Part shown: piece after piece, positions 1 through 12,037 of the stretch
Layout of the letters: the number at the start of each line of letters is the position of its first letter
Position numbering within the stretch: the stretch's first letter is position 1
Assembly (NCBI GenBank): GCA_032718475.1
Contig: JAUCBJ010000193.1
Span: 38,346-102,345 of the forward strand
DNA length: 64,000 nucleotides
Reading direction: 5' to 3'
DNA from: Nemertoderma westbladi
Lineage: Eukaryota; Animalia; Xenacoelomorpha
Translations under genes and position numbers: made by a program
Notes under the pieces: generated by a model
Database searches by the model: none
Told to the model about the DNA's origin: nothing
The model's input: the letters and a program-made list of their open reading frames with translations, nothing else

Positions 1-80
1 AACAAAAATTATTTATAGAGTTACACAAAAAAAATCATTAACATCAGTTTCTTCGCGGTCTTGTCTGCACTCGTTGTGGT

Positions 81-592
81 CTACGGCGGTGGGGCAACAT
101 CCGCATTCGCATGCACAATGGCTATGTCTGCAACTGAATTTGTGCAGCGAATGGGTCGTCTAGCAGCCGACCGGTGTCCACGGAGACACATGATGGCCGA
201 CCGCAACAACGCGAAGTTCAACTTTCGCCAAACCCATGTGATGCACTCCGCACACTGCGTTTCTCGCTTCTCCGCCAGGCGGTGCGCCAACCGCTTCACC
301 AGATGTATGGTCGAAGGCGCCATACCACCAAACGCGGAGAATATCAGAGGCGTGAAGGTGGCGTGTTCCACCTCCCTCACTCGTTCCTGATACTTTAGGT
401 TCTTCCGCACTTCATGGTAAATGTGGGCTGACGGTAGGGACATGGCAGCATTAGTTTCTGCCAGTGGATTGAAGACTGAGACGTCCAGGAACGTCTTCTG
501 GAACCGATTGCCCCAGAAGCCGCTCACTGAGACGTCCAATCTCGCCAGCTGGTCCGTTGAAGTGCTGCGGTGTTCAAACTGCTCGCCCGTTA
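81..592 (-). mobile_element. 3' part of a CRE-like non-LTR retrotransposon (restriction-like endonuclease domain), split by the RTE insertion
   Basis: ORF 81..632 contains ARLDVSVSGFW..KTFLDVSVFNP..HE..K..KY..R...VEHATFTPLIFS..GG, the PD-(D/E)xK RLE region typical of CRE-clade elements. The reading frame joins ...VEPVLQPLTGE (4359+) to QFEHR once the RTE and one TSD copy are removed. Confidence 0.8.
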
Positions 593-3500
593 CTACTACT
601 ACTAGGATCGGCATGCTGCATTGCAGCTGCATTTTTAAGAATGCTGTGCCGGCTTGTCAACAAAATTGCACCGCCACAACTCCCTATCACCCATGACATT
701 TGCTAGATCATCCGCATCTTTAAGGCCAGTGTCCTTTAAGATGCGTCTCAAGAAAGTCATGGGCTGTCCACCATGCTTATTCACTCCATGAGGCTGCCAA
801 AGTACGAGATTATGCACTGGCTGGTCCTCACGGCGAAAGCAATGTCCTGCAAAGCGGAGGCGATTTTGTTCTAGTGTCAAGCTTGGGGGAACCAATGAGA
901 CACCTCCAATGTTATATAGTGTCTGGTTGGAGATGTGTGCATTGTACTTGACACAATGAACCCGGCGTAGCATTCTTGTGAATGTGCCATCCAGAGATTT
1001 GATGTCCTCAGCAGTTAGAGCCCAGCATGGACTCCCGTAGAGGAGTACTGGAACTACTGCTGCTCTAAATAATCGGACCTTAAGTTTCCGATTAATTCTC
1101 GGTGACTTCCAAATCCTGGAAAGCCTATTCAAGGCTGCCCATGCCTTTCCCTTACGTATTCGAAGGTCCTCACCTGACTTCCGGATCCATGATCCCAGGT
1201 AACAGAAGTCGTCCACATGCTCAAGCATACCATCCTTTGAGCTTATGCTCATCCGATCAGAGACTTGCTGAGGACTTTCAAAGTTAACTGTCAGAATTTT
1301 GGTCTTTCTGGAGTTAATAAAAAGACCAACACTAGATGCAGCATGTTCTAATGAGCTGAGGAGCCGTTGGGCTCCCTCTAATGATTCTGAGAGTACTCCT
1401 AAGTCATCAGCAAAGTCTAGATCAGTTAGGTACTTGGCAGGATTTCCTCGACTTCTGGAGCCAGTAGGTGGAGTTATCATTACCCCATCATCATTATGAT
1501 GATCTAAGGACATGCGTAGAACATAGTCAACCACAATAATGAACAAGAATGGTGCAAGTGTGTCTCCTTGGACGACGCCCCATAACACTTCAAATGGTTC
1601 TGTGTCACCGTCAACAGTAGACACAAATGTTGTCGAACCATCATATACTGATCTGATTGCTGCAATAATTTCATCAGGAATCCCATATAATGAAAGTATG
1701 CTGAACATACGTGAGCGAGAGACTGAATCAAAGGCCTTGAAGAAGTCAACAAAGATAACAGCCAGATGCCTGTCTTTCTTTTTTGATAATTCTTCAATTA
1801 TCCTTCTAAGTGCCAAAATGGGCTCCATGGTCCCACGACCTTTACGGAACCCATTCTGATTTCCACGGAGCAGTCTCTCAATGGGATCCCTGATGCGATT
1901 TAATAGAATCCTATTGTATAGCTTTGCAGCAATCGAGATCAATGAGATTCCCCGAAAAGAACCATAGAGTGTTAGGTTGCCCTTCTTGGGAACTGGCACC
2001 AACTTATTTGTTTTCATTTCTTGTGGGACTCTTGTTGTACGGTACATGTCTACTATGATGGGATAGATGAGCTTTAAACACTCAGGTATTTTAAAGACCT
2101 CAGGGGGAACACCATCCACTCCACTGGCACGATTGGTCTTAATGCTCTTTGCAGCAGCCTTCACTTCTGCAAAGGAGATATCGCCAATGGGAATATCTGG
2201 GAGTACAGACTCAGACACCTTTACTTCTATAAAGTTATCAGGCAATACCCTGTCATTATTGAGGAGCTTTTCAAAGTGGGCTTTCCAACCATTGAGGCGA
2301 TCGGCTGGTGATTCAGCCTTAACCTTGGTGGTTGGTTGGCTTTTCCGCCCAGTAAGCAGATTGATCGATTTCCATGCCTGGGATGATTGCCTGCTGTCGT
2401 CAGCATCATTGATGGCATCAACTTGTTGGTTTATTAGCTCCTGTAGATTAACAGAGTACTGCCTGTTCAGGGACCTAGATGCAGCCTTAACTGCATTCTT
2501 GGCCGCTGTAGTCTGTTTGAGTCGGGACTCTTTCTGCGCCTTATGAAGGTCATTTCGGCACTTTTGAATTTTGTTGTCAGTCCAGGGGGCCCTTTTCCTG
2601 TTTCGAGGGTATACAGGAACTGTTTCTGCAGCTGCTAACTTAACTGCTTCTGTAAAGGCAGTATAGCCCTCACAGTGATCTGCCGCCTCAGAGGCAAGAG
2701 CCTCATACCTGTTGCTCAGTTGTAGTGTGAAGCTAGATCTCACACTTGGCTGTTGCAACAGAGAGGACCAGTCATGCCGCGGCAAGGCAGATTTCGTTGT
2801 TCTGCTAGCACGCAGACTAAGTCTTACCTTGGCCACAATAAGGCGGTGATCACTGGAGAAGGGTCGAAGTGTAAATGCATTACAGTCTTGTATAGAGCTC
2901 CTGTATTTCCTACGAAACAGAATATGGTCTATCTGGGACTTGTGACCACTGGGTCCACTATGAGTCCATAGCTTTCCAGTTCGCTTCTTGAACTGGGTTC
3001 CAGCCGAAAACAATCCATTTCCAGAGATAAAATCCTGAAGATGGACAGAATTTCGGTTAACACTATTGCTATAGACCCAGGGCGATGTAGGTGATTGATG
3101 CAGACTTGCATTAAAGTCTCCCAGGAATGTTAAGAATGCATGCTGATCCACTCCATCAGTAGCTGCTTGTAGATTGTGGTAGAAATTTTCCACCTCCTCT
3201 ACAGGGGCAACACTAGTTGGAGAGTAGCATACAATCAGAACCAGCTTAGGAAACTTCTTAGCCAGTCTTCCAGAACATGAGAAGTGGCAACGGATGATGC
3301 GGTTAGATATTTGGTCTATTTTGTCCAATGCTGCATGTGCAGTTGGATTCATCAATAGACCAATTCCACCATTGCCACTATCATCTGCTGACGCGAGGGC
3401 GAGTCGCCAACCGCCCCCCATGTCCTTAATCAGAACCTCATCAGTCTGTCCAGTCTGCATTCGGTGCTCTTGAACACCCACTGCGCTAAGAGAAAGCTTA

Positions 3501-4350
3501 TCTGCCAAGGCAGTCAGCTCACCTTGTCGCATTGGGGACCCGAGTGTTAGGGTGTTTACTGAGGCTAGTCTAGTGACTTGCCTCAGATTCACCAATGGCT
3601 TTGTTGGTCGGGGTGGAACATGAGAGTAGCCTCCAACTCCAGAATCCCTCTCCCCATCACAATCTGGCCTCCCTGGTGACCCAGGGTTTGGGCCAGAAAG
3701 GTCATCAGGAAAGGGACTCAAAGAATTGTTCACTGCTCTCTCTCCAGTAGGGGGTGAGACAGGCAGCCGGTCAGGAGTTAACTGACGCCTGTGAGGCCGA
3801 TTGTGTCCGGTAATTCCACTGGCCTCTAGTGGCCGGACCTCCGCATTGCTAATGTAATCCATAGTGGGGGTTGGGGGGTGCTTTTTTGCCGAGTCAGCTC
3901 TCGGGGCAAATACCACACCCTGGTTTGCCATTCCACAGGGTGGGTGTCGCAATGGAGTCAGATATGAGGCCCATCACCCATATCTACTCTGGCGCACATG
4001 ACCCACCATTGGCTGTTGCAGCTCATCTGCTGGGTCAAGCCCTGTACCCTTGCTGCCAGGTGCAGGTCGCAGTGAAGTGCTCTCAGAGTGGACATGAGAA
4101 CACTCTACTCCTGACCAGCCATTGGTAGATCACCATCTGCCTGGTCAGGCCATATACCCCTGCATCCAAGTATATGGGTCCTTAATCCAGGACCAAGGGC
4201 GTCCTTATCCCAGAACGAAGGGGGTCCTAGTTACAGGACCAGATTTGCCCTAGTAAAAGGGGGTCTATGCAGCTACAGGTGGCACCTCCTTTATGCTGCA
4301 TGGAGGTGGCAATTTTTCTTGATCAATGACCTAGAATACCTGACCTGACC
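593..4350 (-). mobile_element. Full-length RTE-clade LINE (copy 1) with 12-bp TSD
   Basis: (TAG)n 3' tail at 593-604, very short 3'UTR, single ORF, about 400-nt 5'UTR starting with (GGTCA)n. TSD GCTCGCCCGTTA at 581-592 and 4359-4370. Confidence 0.93.
635..3952 (-). CDS. RTE LINE ORF: AP endonuclease + reverse transcriptase (intact, about 1100 aa; first ATG at 3931)
   Basis: APE motifs (SVNTLTL, VQEHR, GDFNA, SQIDHIL, SDH) and RT motifs (RGISL, QNGFR, FVDFFKAFDSV, QGDTLAP, FADD, YLGS). RTE-type C-terminus (RLRFAGHCFR) with no zinc knuckle. Confidence 0.95.
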   Translation of the reverse strand: MRHPPCGMANQGVVFAPRADSAKKHPPTPTMDYISNAEVRPLEASGITGHNRPHRRQLTPDRLPVSPPTGERAVNNSLSPFPDDLSGPNPGSPGRPDCDGERDSGVGGYSHVPPRPTKPLVNLRQVTRLASVNTLTLGSPMRQGELTALADKLSLSAVGVQEHRMQTGQTDEVLIKDMGGGWRLALASADDSGNGGIGLLMNPTAHAALDKIDQISNRIIRCHFSCSGRLAKKFPKLVLIVCYSPTSVAPVEEVENFYHNLQAATDGVDQHAFLTFLGDFNASLHQSPTSPWVYSNSVNRNSVHLQDFISGNGLFSAGTQFKKRTGKLWTHSGPSGHKSQIDHILFRRKYRSSIQDCNAFTLRPFSSDHRLIVAKVRLSLRASRTTKSALPRHDWSSLLQQPSVRSSFTLQLSNRYEALASEAADHCEGYTAFTEAVKLAAAETVPVYPRNRKRAPWTDNKIQKCRNDLHKAQKESRLKQTTAAKNAVKAASRSLNRQYSVNLQELINQQVDAINDADDSRQSSQAWKSINLLTGRKSQPTTKVKAESPADRLNGWKAHFEKLLNNDRVLPDNFIEVKVSESVLPDIPIGDISFAEVKAAAKSIKTNRASGVDGVPPEVFKIPECLKLIYPIIVDMYRTTRVPQEMKTNKLVPVPKKGNLTLYGSFRGISLISIAAKLYNRILLNRIRDPIERLLRGNQNGFRKGRGTMEPILALRRIIEELSKKKDRHLAVIFVDFFKAFDSVSRSRMFSILSLYGIPDEIIAAIRSVYDGSTTFVSTVDGDTEPFEVLWGVVQGDTLAPFLFIIVVDYVLRMSLDHHNDDGVMITPPTGSRSRGNPAKYLTDLDFADDLGVLSESLEGAQRLLSSLEHAASSVGLFINSRKTKILTVNFESPQQVSDRMSISSKDGMLEHVDDFCYLGSWIRKSGEDLRIRKGKAWAALNRLSRIWKSPRINRKLKVRLFRAAVVPVLLYGSPCWALTAEDIKSLDGTFTRMLRRVHCVKYNAHISNQTLYNIGGVSLVPPSLTLEQNRLRFAGHCFRREDQPVHNLVLWQPHGVNKHGGQPMTFLRRILKDTGLKDADDLANVMGDRELWRCNFVDKPAQHS

Positions 4351-4358
4351 GATAACGG

Positions 4359-7329
4359 GCTCGCCCGTTAGCGGTTGGAGGACTGGCTCCACAGCCACAT
4401 TATGTGACACCTCCGTCAGAGCATCAGCGACAAAGTCCCGGATCTCGTTGTGCCTGATGGAAGGAAATCCTCCAGTGGGGCACGACAGAACGTGAGAACG
4501 GGAGAAAATCGCTCCCCACAGACACAACGGGACGGTAGAGACTTTGGCATCCACCCATAACGGAGGCACAGGGCATCCCTGAATTCACCCTTGTCCAGGT
4601 GGGTGTCCTGGAGGATGAGTGGCTTGGTGTTGAGCCAGATAGAAGCGCCCTTTTCGGTGGTCAGTCCGTGGAGCTGCCGCTGGGGAGGAGATAATATTCC
4701 CACCACTTCCTCTCTCTTTTCCATCGACTGGAGCAGCGCCTCTACCTTCAACCTGCCCACCACCTCCTTTTGTTTCTCCCGGACCTGCACCATTGTATCT
4801 GGTGTGGCGCTGATGAATGGCTCACAGACCCGAAGCGAGCTGGTATACTGATGTGACAGGTCAGTGGGCACCGGAATGCTGATACCCCCGTCACGGACTG
4901 GCAGGGAAAGTAACAGGCGTTCCTCTTTTGAGATGGCTGGCCGATCAGTGAGACGGCAAAGGAATCGATTTACAGCTTCCTCCAACAGGGTGAGATGGGC
5001 TGGCGCGGTGGATACAACACGGGTGATGAACCTCCACCGACAGGCAAGGCCAAACGCGAGGCCCGCGTATGCACAGTGGGGGTCCACTGCTGCCACCCCC
5101 GCGAGACGATCCACTTCCATGGCGAACTCCTGAGCCTTCTCTTCTAGGAACGTGGTGCGATACTCCTCAGTGCCAACAACCCCGCCGAGTAGCTCATGGC
5201 CTGTCGTGTTGATGGCGACACCAGTATTGGCGAAAAAAATCTCAGCCTCTTCCAACATTGCTGGTTTCACTGTGAGGTGACACTTGGATGGGAAGTAGCC
5301 GACGAGAGGACCCCTTGTGGTAGCGACCTCTAGGAGGAGGACCAGCCTTCTGACCCAGGCAGAGTTGGGTGTTCCCACCGACAGACTCAAGATCCTGACG
5401 GATACAATGGGTGATAGATTTACCTATGACGCGGCGCAACACCTCACCTATCCCTGTGGGTCTGACGCCCGGGTTTTTGTCCAGTGCAATAAGTCTGCCA
5501 GACAGTAGCGCAGATAGAGACCCCTGAGAAGTCTTGGTCTGTGCGAGTTGTTTCGCCAAGTCTGCGATCCTCTCACCCAGCTCGGAAGACTGTGTCCGAA
5601 ACCGGGTAAGGAGGTGCTTCCAACCCTGAACATCAACTCCCGATGGACCCGCGGCGTTTCCCTTCATTCTAAGCAAGCTCCCAAGGATGAGCTTCCCATC
5701 GATCGCCTCAAACACAACGCTGTGGTGCTGTGGCGCCTCAGGGAAGTGCGATAGCAGGGTCGACTCGTCTGCGGGCTGCCCTGGAGGATGTTTCGCTCGC
5801 AGAACATCCCGGACCACCTTGGTTTTCCCATCTTTGTCCGTGAATGAGTCATTCAGACTCAGTGGAGAACCGCGGTGTCACTGTCCAAGAACTCTCGTCG
5901 CCGCCGAAATATTCCCAGTCAGCATGTGGCGGGTGAACGCCTTCTGGAGTGCTACGTCCTGAGAGGCTGGGGGTCGTCGCTTAGGAAGGTGTGTCTGAAT
6001 GGCCCGGGCCTCCACCATAAGTTTGTCGAATTTTGCTTCCCTCCAGCTCACTAGACGGCGTTGGAGAATGTGCCAGTGTGTGGCCGTGGATGAAGACCGA
6101 CTCGGTTTTTGTAAGAGGAGAGCTGGCAATATCATCATTGCCGTGAGGGCGACCTCATGTAGGGGATTGTCACTGATTGCCAGCGTCAACAACTGAGAAA
6201 TCTCTGCCACCAATTCTCTACCCACAGCCCCCTGAGGAACCAGGAATAGGTTTGGCCTCCAGTGTACTATGCTGTTGTACACTGTGTTGATTGACTCTAT
6301 TATTTGGTGCCTGGGCAAGGATTCATTGAACCATACCACGGAGTCGACTCGACTTGTTGAAGTGAGTCCAACACTGGACAGGGAGGATGGCAGAGGTCGA
6401 CCGATAGATGCCGAGGGTGCCAACTAGACTGGGACTGAAGGGGGACCCGACTGGTCTGAAGGGGGACCCGACTGGACTGCTGGGGGACCCAACTGGACTC
6501 CTGAGGGACCCGACTGGTCTGATGGGGGACCTGACTGGACTGCTGGGGGACCCGACTGGACTCCTGAGGGACCCGACTGGTCTGAAGGGGGACCCAACTG
6601 GACTGCTGGGGGACCCGACTGGACTGATGGGGGACCCGACTGGTCTGAAGGGGGACCCGACTGGACTGCTGGGGGACCCGACTTGACTCCTGAGGGACCC
6701 GACTGGTCTGATGGGGGACCCGACTGGACTGCTGGGGGACCCGACTGGACTCCTGAGGGACCCGACTGGTCTGAAGAGGGACCCGACTGGACTGCTGGGG
6801 GACTCGACCGGACTCCTGAGGGACCCGACTGGTCTGTGGGGGACCCAACTGATCTGCTGGGGGACCCGACTGGACTGTGGGGGACCCGACTGGGACTGCT
6901 GGGCGACCCGACTGGACTGGACATCTGGGGGACCCGACTGGACTGATGGGGGACCCGACTGGACTGCTGGGCGCACTGACTGGACTAATGGGGGACCCGA
7001 CTGGACTGCTGGGCGCACCGACTGGACTGCAGAGGGACCCGACTGGACTGAAGGGGGACCAGACTGGACTGCTGAGGGAACGGACTGGACTGCTCGGGGA
7101 TCTGAAAAGTTCGGGGTCTGAAGTATAACGTCTTTAACTGCTGACCCCAAAGCAGACCCCTGTACCGGGGCTCCGAATCCTAGACATGATGGCACTGGCC
7201 CTCGCTCGTGCTGCGCCCGGAGACCAAACTGGCTGGCAGCTAGCGGATTATCCTGGACGATCGGGGATCCACCCAGTATAGTTTCGTCCTGATCCATCAA
7301 TGTATTGTTAGGTCTTGAGAATTGATGTA
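4359..7329 (-). pseudogene. Decayed CRE-like retrotransposon body (RT remnants, CCHC region), with frameshifts and RT core deleted
   Basis: ORF pieces 5878..6423 (WRPNLFLVP..G), 5242..5817 (LIALDKNPGVRPTGIGEVLRR), 4416..5390 (LSLPVRDGG, EFRDALCLRYG, CVCG) and 4291..4569 (H.LSCPTGG...RHNEIRD). The QGDP/YADD segment is missing near 5340, and there is an in-frame TAG at 6424-6426. Confidence 0.8.
6427..7100. repeat. 21-bp-based coding minisatellite (GGGGGACCCGACTGGACTGCT variants) in the CRE N-terminal region
   Basis: About 30 degenerate 21-mers; the - strand encodes (VQSGPPA/DQSGPSG)n. This explains the stack of overlapping ORFs here. Confidence 0.92.
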
Positions 7330-9205
7330 CAGTTAGGTACTTGGCAGGATTTCCTCGACTTCTGGAGCCAGTAGGTGGAGTTATCATCACCCCATCATCA
7401 TTATGATGATCTAAGGACATGCGTAGAACATAGTCAACCACAATAATGAACAAGAATGGTGCAAGTGTGTCTCCTTGGAGGACGCCCCATAACACTTCAA
7501 ATGGTTCTGTGTCACCGTCAACAGTAGACACAAATGTTGTCGAACCATCGTATACTGATCGGATTGCTGCAATAATTTCATCAGGAATCCCATATAATGA
7601 AAGTATGCTGAACATACGTGAGCGAGAGACTGAATCAAAGGCCTTGAAGAAGTCAACAAAGATAACAGCCAGATGCCTGTCTTTCTTTTTTGATAATTCT
7701 TCAATTATCCTTCTAAGTGCCAAAATGGGCTCCATGGTCCCACGACCTGAACCCATTCTGATTTCCACGGAGCAGTCTCTCAACGGGATCCCTGATGCGA
7801 TTTAATAGAATCCTATTGTATAGCTTTGCAGCAATCGAGATCAATGAGATTCCCCGAAAAGAACCACAGAGTGTTAGGTTGCCCTTCTTGGGAACTGGCA
7901 CCAACTTATTTGTTTTCATTTCTTGTGGGACTCTTGTTGTTCGGTACATGTCTACTATGATGGGATAGATGAGTTTTAAACACTCAGGTATTAAAGACCT
8001 CAGGGGGAATACCATCTACTCCACTGGCACGATTGGTCTTAATGCTCTTTGCAGCAGCCTTCACTTCTGCAAAGGAGATATCGCCAATGGGAATATCTGG
8101 GAGTACAGACTCAGACACTTATACTTCTATAAAGTTATCAGGCAATACCCTGTCATTATTGAGGAGCTTTTCAAAGTGGGCTTTCCAACCATTGAGGCGA
8201 TCGGCTGGTGATTCAGCCTTAACCTTGGTGGTTGGTTGGCTTTTCCGCCCAGTAAGCAGATTGATAGATTTCCATGCCTGGGATGATTGCCTGCTGTCGT
8301 CAGCATCATTGATGGCATCAACCTGTTGGTTTATTAGCTCCTGTAGATTAACAGAGTACTGCCTGTTCAGGGACCTAGATGCAGCCTTAACTGCATTCTT
8401 GGCCGCTGTAGTCTGTTTGAGTCGGGACTCTTTCTGCGCCTTATGAAGGTCATTTCGGCACTTCTGAATTTTGTTGTCAGTCCAGGGGGCCCTTTTCCTG
8501 TTTCGAGGGTATACAGGAACTGTTTCTGCAGCTGCTAACTTAACTGCTTCTGTAAAGGCAGTATAGCCCTTACAGTGATCTGCCGCCTCAGAGGCAAGAG
8601 CCTCATACCTGTTGCTCAGCTGTAGTGTGAAGCTAGATCTCACACTTGGCTGTTCCAACAGAGAGGACCAGTCATGCCGCGGCAAGGCAGATTTCGTTGT
8701 TCTGCTAGCACGCAGACTAAGTCTTACCTTGGCCACAATAAGGCGGTGATCACTGGAGAAGGGTCGAAGTGTAAATGCATTACAGTCTTGTATAGAGCTC
8801 CTGTATTTCCTACGAAACAGAATATGGTCTATCTGGGACTTGTGACCACTGGGTTCACTATGAGTCCATAGCTTTCCAGTTCGCTTCTTGAACTGGGTTC
8901 CAGCCGAAAACAATCCATTTCCAGAGATAAAATCCTGAAGATGGACAGAATTTCGGTTCACACTATTGCTATAGACCCAGGGCGATGTAGGTGATTAATG
9001 CAGACTTGCATTAAAGTCTCCCAGGAATGTTAAGAATGCATGCTGATCCACTCCATCAGTAGCTGCTTGTAGATTCTTGTAGAGTTGTTGGTCGGGGTGG
9101 AACATGAGAGTAGCCTCCAACTCCAGAATCCCTCTCCCCATCACAATCTGGCCTCCCTGGTGACCCAGGGTTTGGGCCAGAAAGGTCATCAGGAAAGGGA
9201 CTCAA
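7330..9205 (-). mobile_element. RTE copy 2, 3'-truncated, frameshifted, with an internal deletion; probably continues at 12038-12542
   Basis: Near-identical to copy 1 positions about 1422-3175, then jumps via the junction AGATT-CTTGTAGAG-TTGTTGGTCGG to the copy-1 equivalent of 3601. Confidence 0.88.
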
Positions 9206-12037
9206 CTACTACGATCGGCATGCTGCATTGCAGCTGCATTTTTAAGAATGCTGTGCCGGCTTATCAACAAAATTGCACCGCCACAACTCCCTATCACCCA
9301 TGACATTTGCTAGATCATCCGCATCTTTAAGGCCAGTGTCCTTTAAGATGCGTCTCAAGAAAGTCATGGGCTGTCCACCATGAGGCTGCCAAAGTACAAG
9401 ATTATGCACTGGCTGGTCCTCACGGCGAAAGCAATGTCCTGCAAAGCGGAGGCGATTTTGTTCTAGTGTCAAGCTTGGGGGAACCAATGAGACACCTCCA
9501 ATGTTATATAGTGTCTGGTTGGAGATGTGTGCATTGTACTTGACACAATGAACCCGGCGTAGCATTCTTGTGAATGTGCCATCCAGAGATTTGGCGTCCT
9601 CAGCAGTTAGAGCCCAGCATGGACTCCCGTAGATGAGTACTGGAACTACTGCTGCTCTAAATAATCGGACCTTAAGTTTCCGATTAATTCTCGGTGACTT
9701 CCAAATCCTGGAAAGCCTATTCAAGGCTGCCCATGCCTTTCCCTTACGTATTCGAAGGTCCTCACCTGATTTCCGGATCCATGATCCCAGGTAACAGAAG
9801 TCGTCCACATGCTCAAGCATACCATCCTTTGAGCTTATGCTCATCCGATCAGAGACTTGCTGAAGACTTTCAAAGTTAACTGTCAGAATTTTGGTCTTTC
9901 TGGAGTTAATAAAAAGACCAACACTAGAAGCAGCATGTTCTAATGAGCTGAGGAGCCGTTGGGCTCCCTCTAATGATTCTGAGAGTACTCCTAAGTCATC
10001 AGCAAAGTCTAGATCAGTTAGGTACTTGGCAGGATTTCCTCGACTTCTGGAGCCAGTAGGTGGAGTTATCATCACCCCATCATCATTATGATGATCTAAG
10101 GACATGCGTAGAACATAGTCAACCACAATAATGAACAAGAATGGTGCAAGTGTGTCTCCTTGGAGGACGCCCCATAACACTTCAAATGGTTCTGTGTCAC
10201 CGTCAACAGTAGACACAAATGTTGTCGAACCATCGTATACTGATCTGATTGCTGCAATAATTTCATCAGGAATCCCATATAATGAAAGTATGCTGAACAT
10301 ACGTGAGCGAGAGACTGAATCAAAGGCCTTGAAGAAGTCAACAAAGATAACAGCCAGATGCCTGTCTTTCTTTTTTGATAATTCTTCAATTATCCTTCTA
10401 AGTGCCAAAATGGGCTCCATGGTCCCACGACCTTTACGGAACCCATTCTGATTTCCACGGAGCAGTCTCTCAATGGGATCCCTGATGCGATTTAATAGAA
10501 TCCTATTGTATAGCTTTGCAGCAATCGAGATCAATGAGATTCCCCGAAAAGAACCATAGAGTGTTAGGTTGCCCTTCTTGGGAACTGGCACCAACTTATT
10601 TGTTTTCATTTCTTGTGGGACTCTTGTTGTACGGTACATGTCTACTATGATGGGATAGATGAGCTTTAAACACTCAGGTATTTTAAAGACCTCAGGGGGA
10701 ACACCATCTACTCCACTGGCACGATTGGTCTTAATGCTCTTTGCAGCAGCCTTCACTTCTGCAAAGGAGATATCGCCAATGGGAATATCTGGGAGTACAG
10801 ACTCAGACACCTTTACTTCTATAAAGTTATCAGGCAATACCGTGTCATTATTGAGGAGCTTTTCAAAGTGGGCTTTCCAACCATTGAGGCGATCGGCTGG
10901 TGATTCAGCCTTAACCTTGGTGGTTGGTTGGCTTTTCCGCCCAGTAAGCAGATTGATCGATTTCCATGCCTGGGATGATTGCCTGCTGTCGTCAGCATCA
11001 TTGATGGCATCAACCTGTTGGTTTATTAGCTCCTGTAGATTAACAGAGTACTGCCTGTTCAGGGACCTAGATGCAGCCTTAACTGCATTCTTGGCCGCTG
11101 TAGTCTGTTTGAGTCGGGACTCTTTCTGCGCCTTATGAAGGTCATTTCGGCACTTTTGAATTTTGTTGTCAGTCCAGGGGGCCCTTTTCCTGTTTCGAGG
11201 GTATACAGGAACTGTTTCTGCAGCTGCTAACTTAACTGCTTCTGTAAAGGCAGTATAGCCCTCACAGTGATCTGCCGCCTCAGAGGCAAGAGCCTCATAC
11301 CTGTTGCTCAGCTGTAGTGTGAAGCTGGATCTCACACTTGGCTGTTGCAACAGAGAGGACCAGTCATGCCGTGGCAAGGCAGATTTCGTTGTTCTGCTAG
11401 CACGCAGACTAAGTCTTACCTTGGCCACAATAAGGCGGTGATCACTGGAGAAGGGTCGAAGTGTAAATGCATTACAGTCTTGTATAGAGCTCCTGTATTT
11501 CCTACGAAACAGAATATGGTCTATCTGGGACTTGTGACCACTGGGTCCACTATGAGTCCATAGCTTTCCAGTTCGCTTCTTGAACTGGGTTCCAGCCGAA
11601 AAGAATCCATTTCCAGAGATAAAATCCTGAAGATGGACAGAATTTCGGTTAACACTATTGCTATAGACCCAGGGCGATGTAGGTGATTGATGCAGACTTG
11701 CATTAAAGTCTCCCAGGAATGTTAAGAATGCATGCTGATCCACTCCATCAGTAGCTGCTTGTAGATTGTGGTAGAAATTTTCCACCTCCTCTACAGGGGC
11801 AACACTAGTTGGAGAGTAGCACACAATCAGAACCACCTTAGGAAACTTCTTAGCCAGTCTTCCAGAACATGAGAAGTGGCAACGGATGATGCGGTTAGAG
11901 ATTTGGTCTATTTTGTCCAATGCTGCATGTGCAGTTGGATTCATCAATAACCCAATTCCACCATTGCCACTATCATCTGCTGACGCGAGGGCGAGTCGCC
12001 AACCGCCCCCCATGTCCTTAATCAGAACCTCATCAGT
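9206..12037 (-). mobile_element. RTE copy 3, 5'-truncated, nested in copy 2; RT intact (ORF 9242..12139)
   Basis: Short TAG tail at 9206, near-identical to copy 1, with a 15-nt deletion between CCATG repeats (loss of VNKHG). Flanked by a 163-bp direct repeat (9043-9205 / 12038-12200). Confidence 0.85.

Noticed and set aside
6300-7128. Stack of repetitive ORFs on both strands
   Set aside because: By-products of a stop-poor 21-bp minisatellite; only the CRE frame is plausible.
6323-7783. 486-aa ORF fusing RTE RT to a repeat domain
   Set aside because: Chance in-frame junction of a truncated RTE with the dead CRE element; it lacks the FADD motif.
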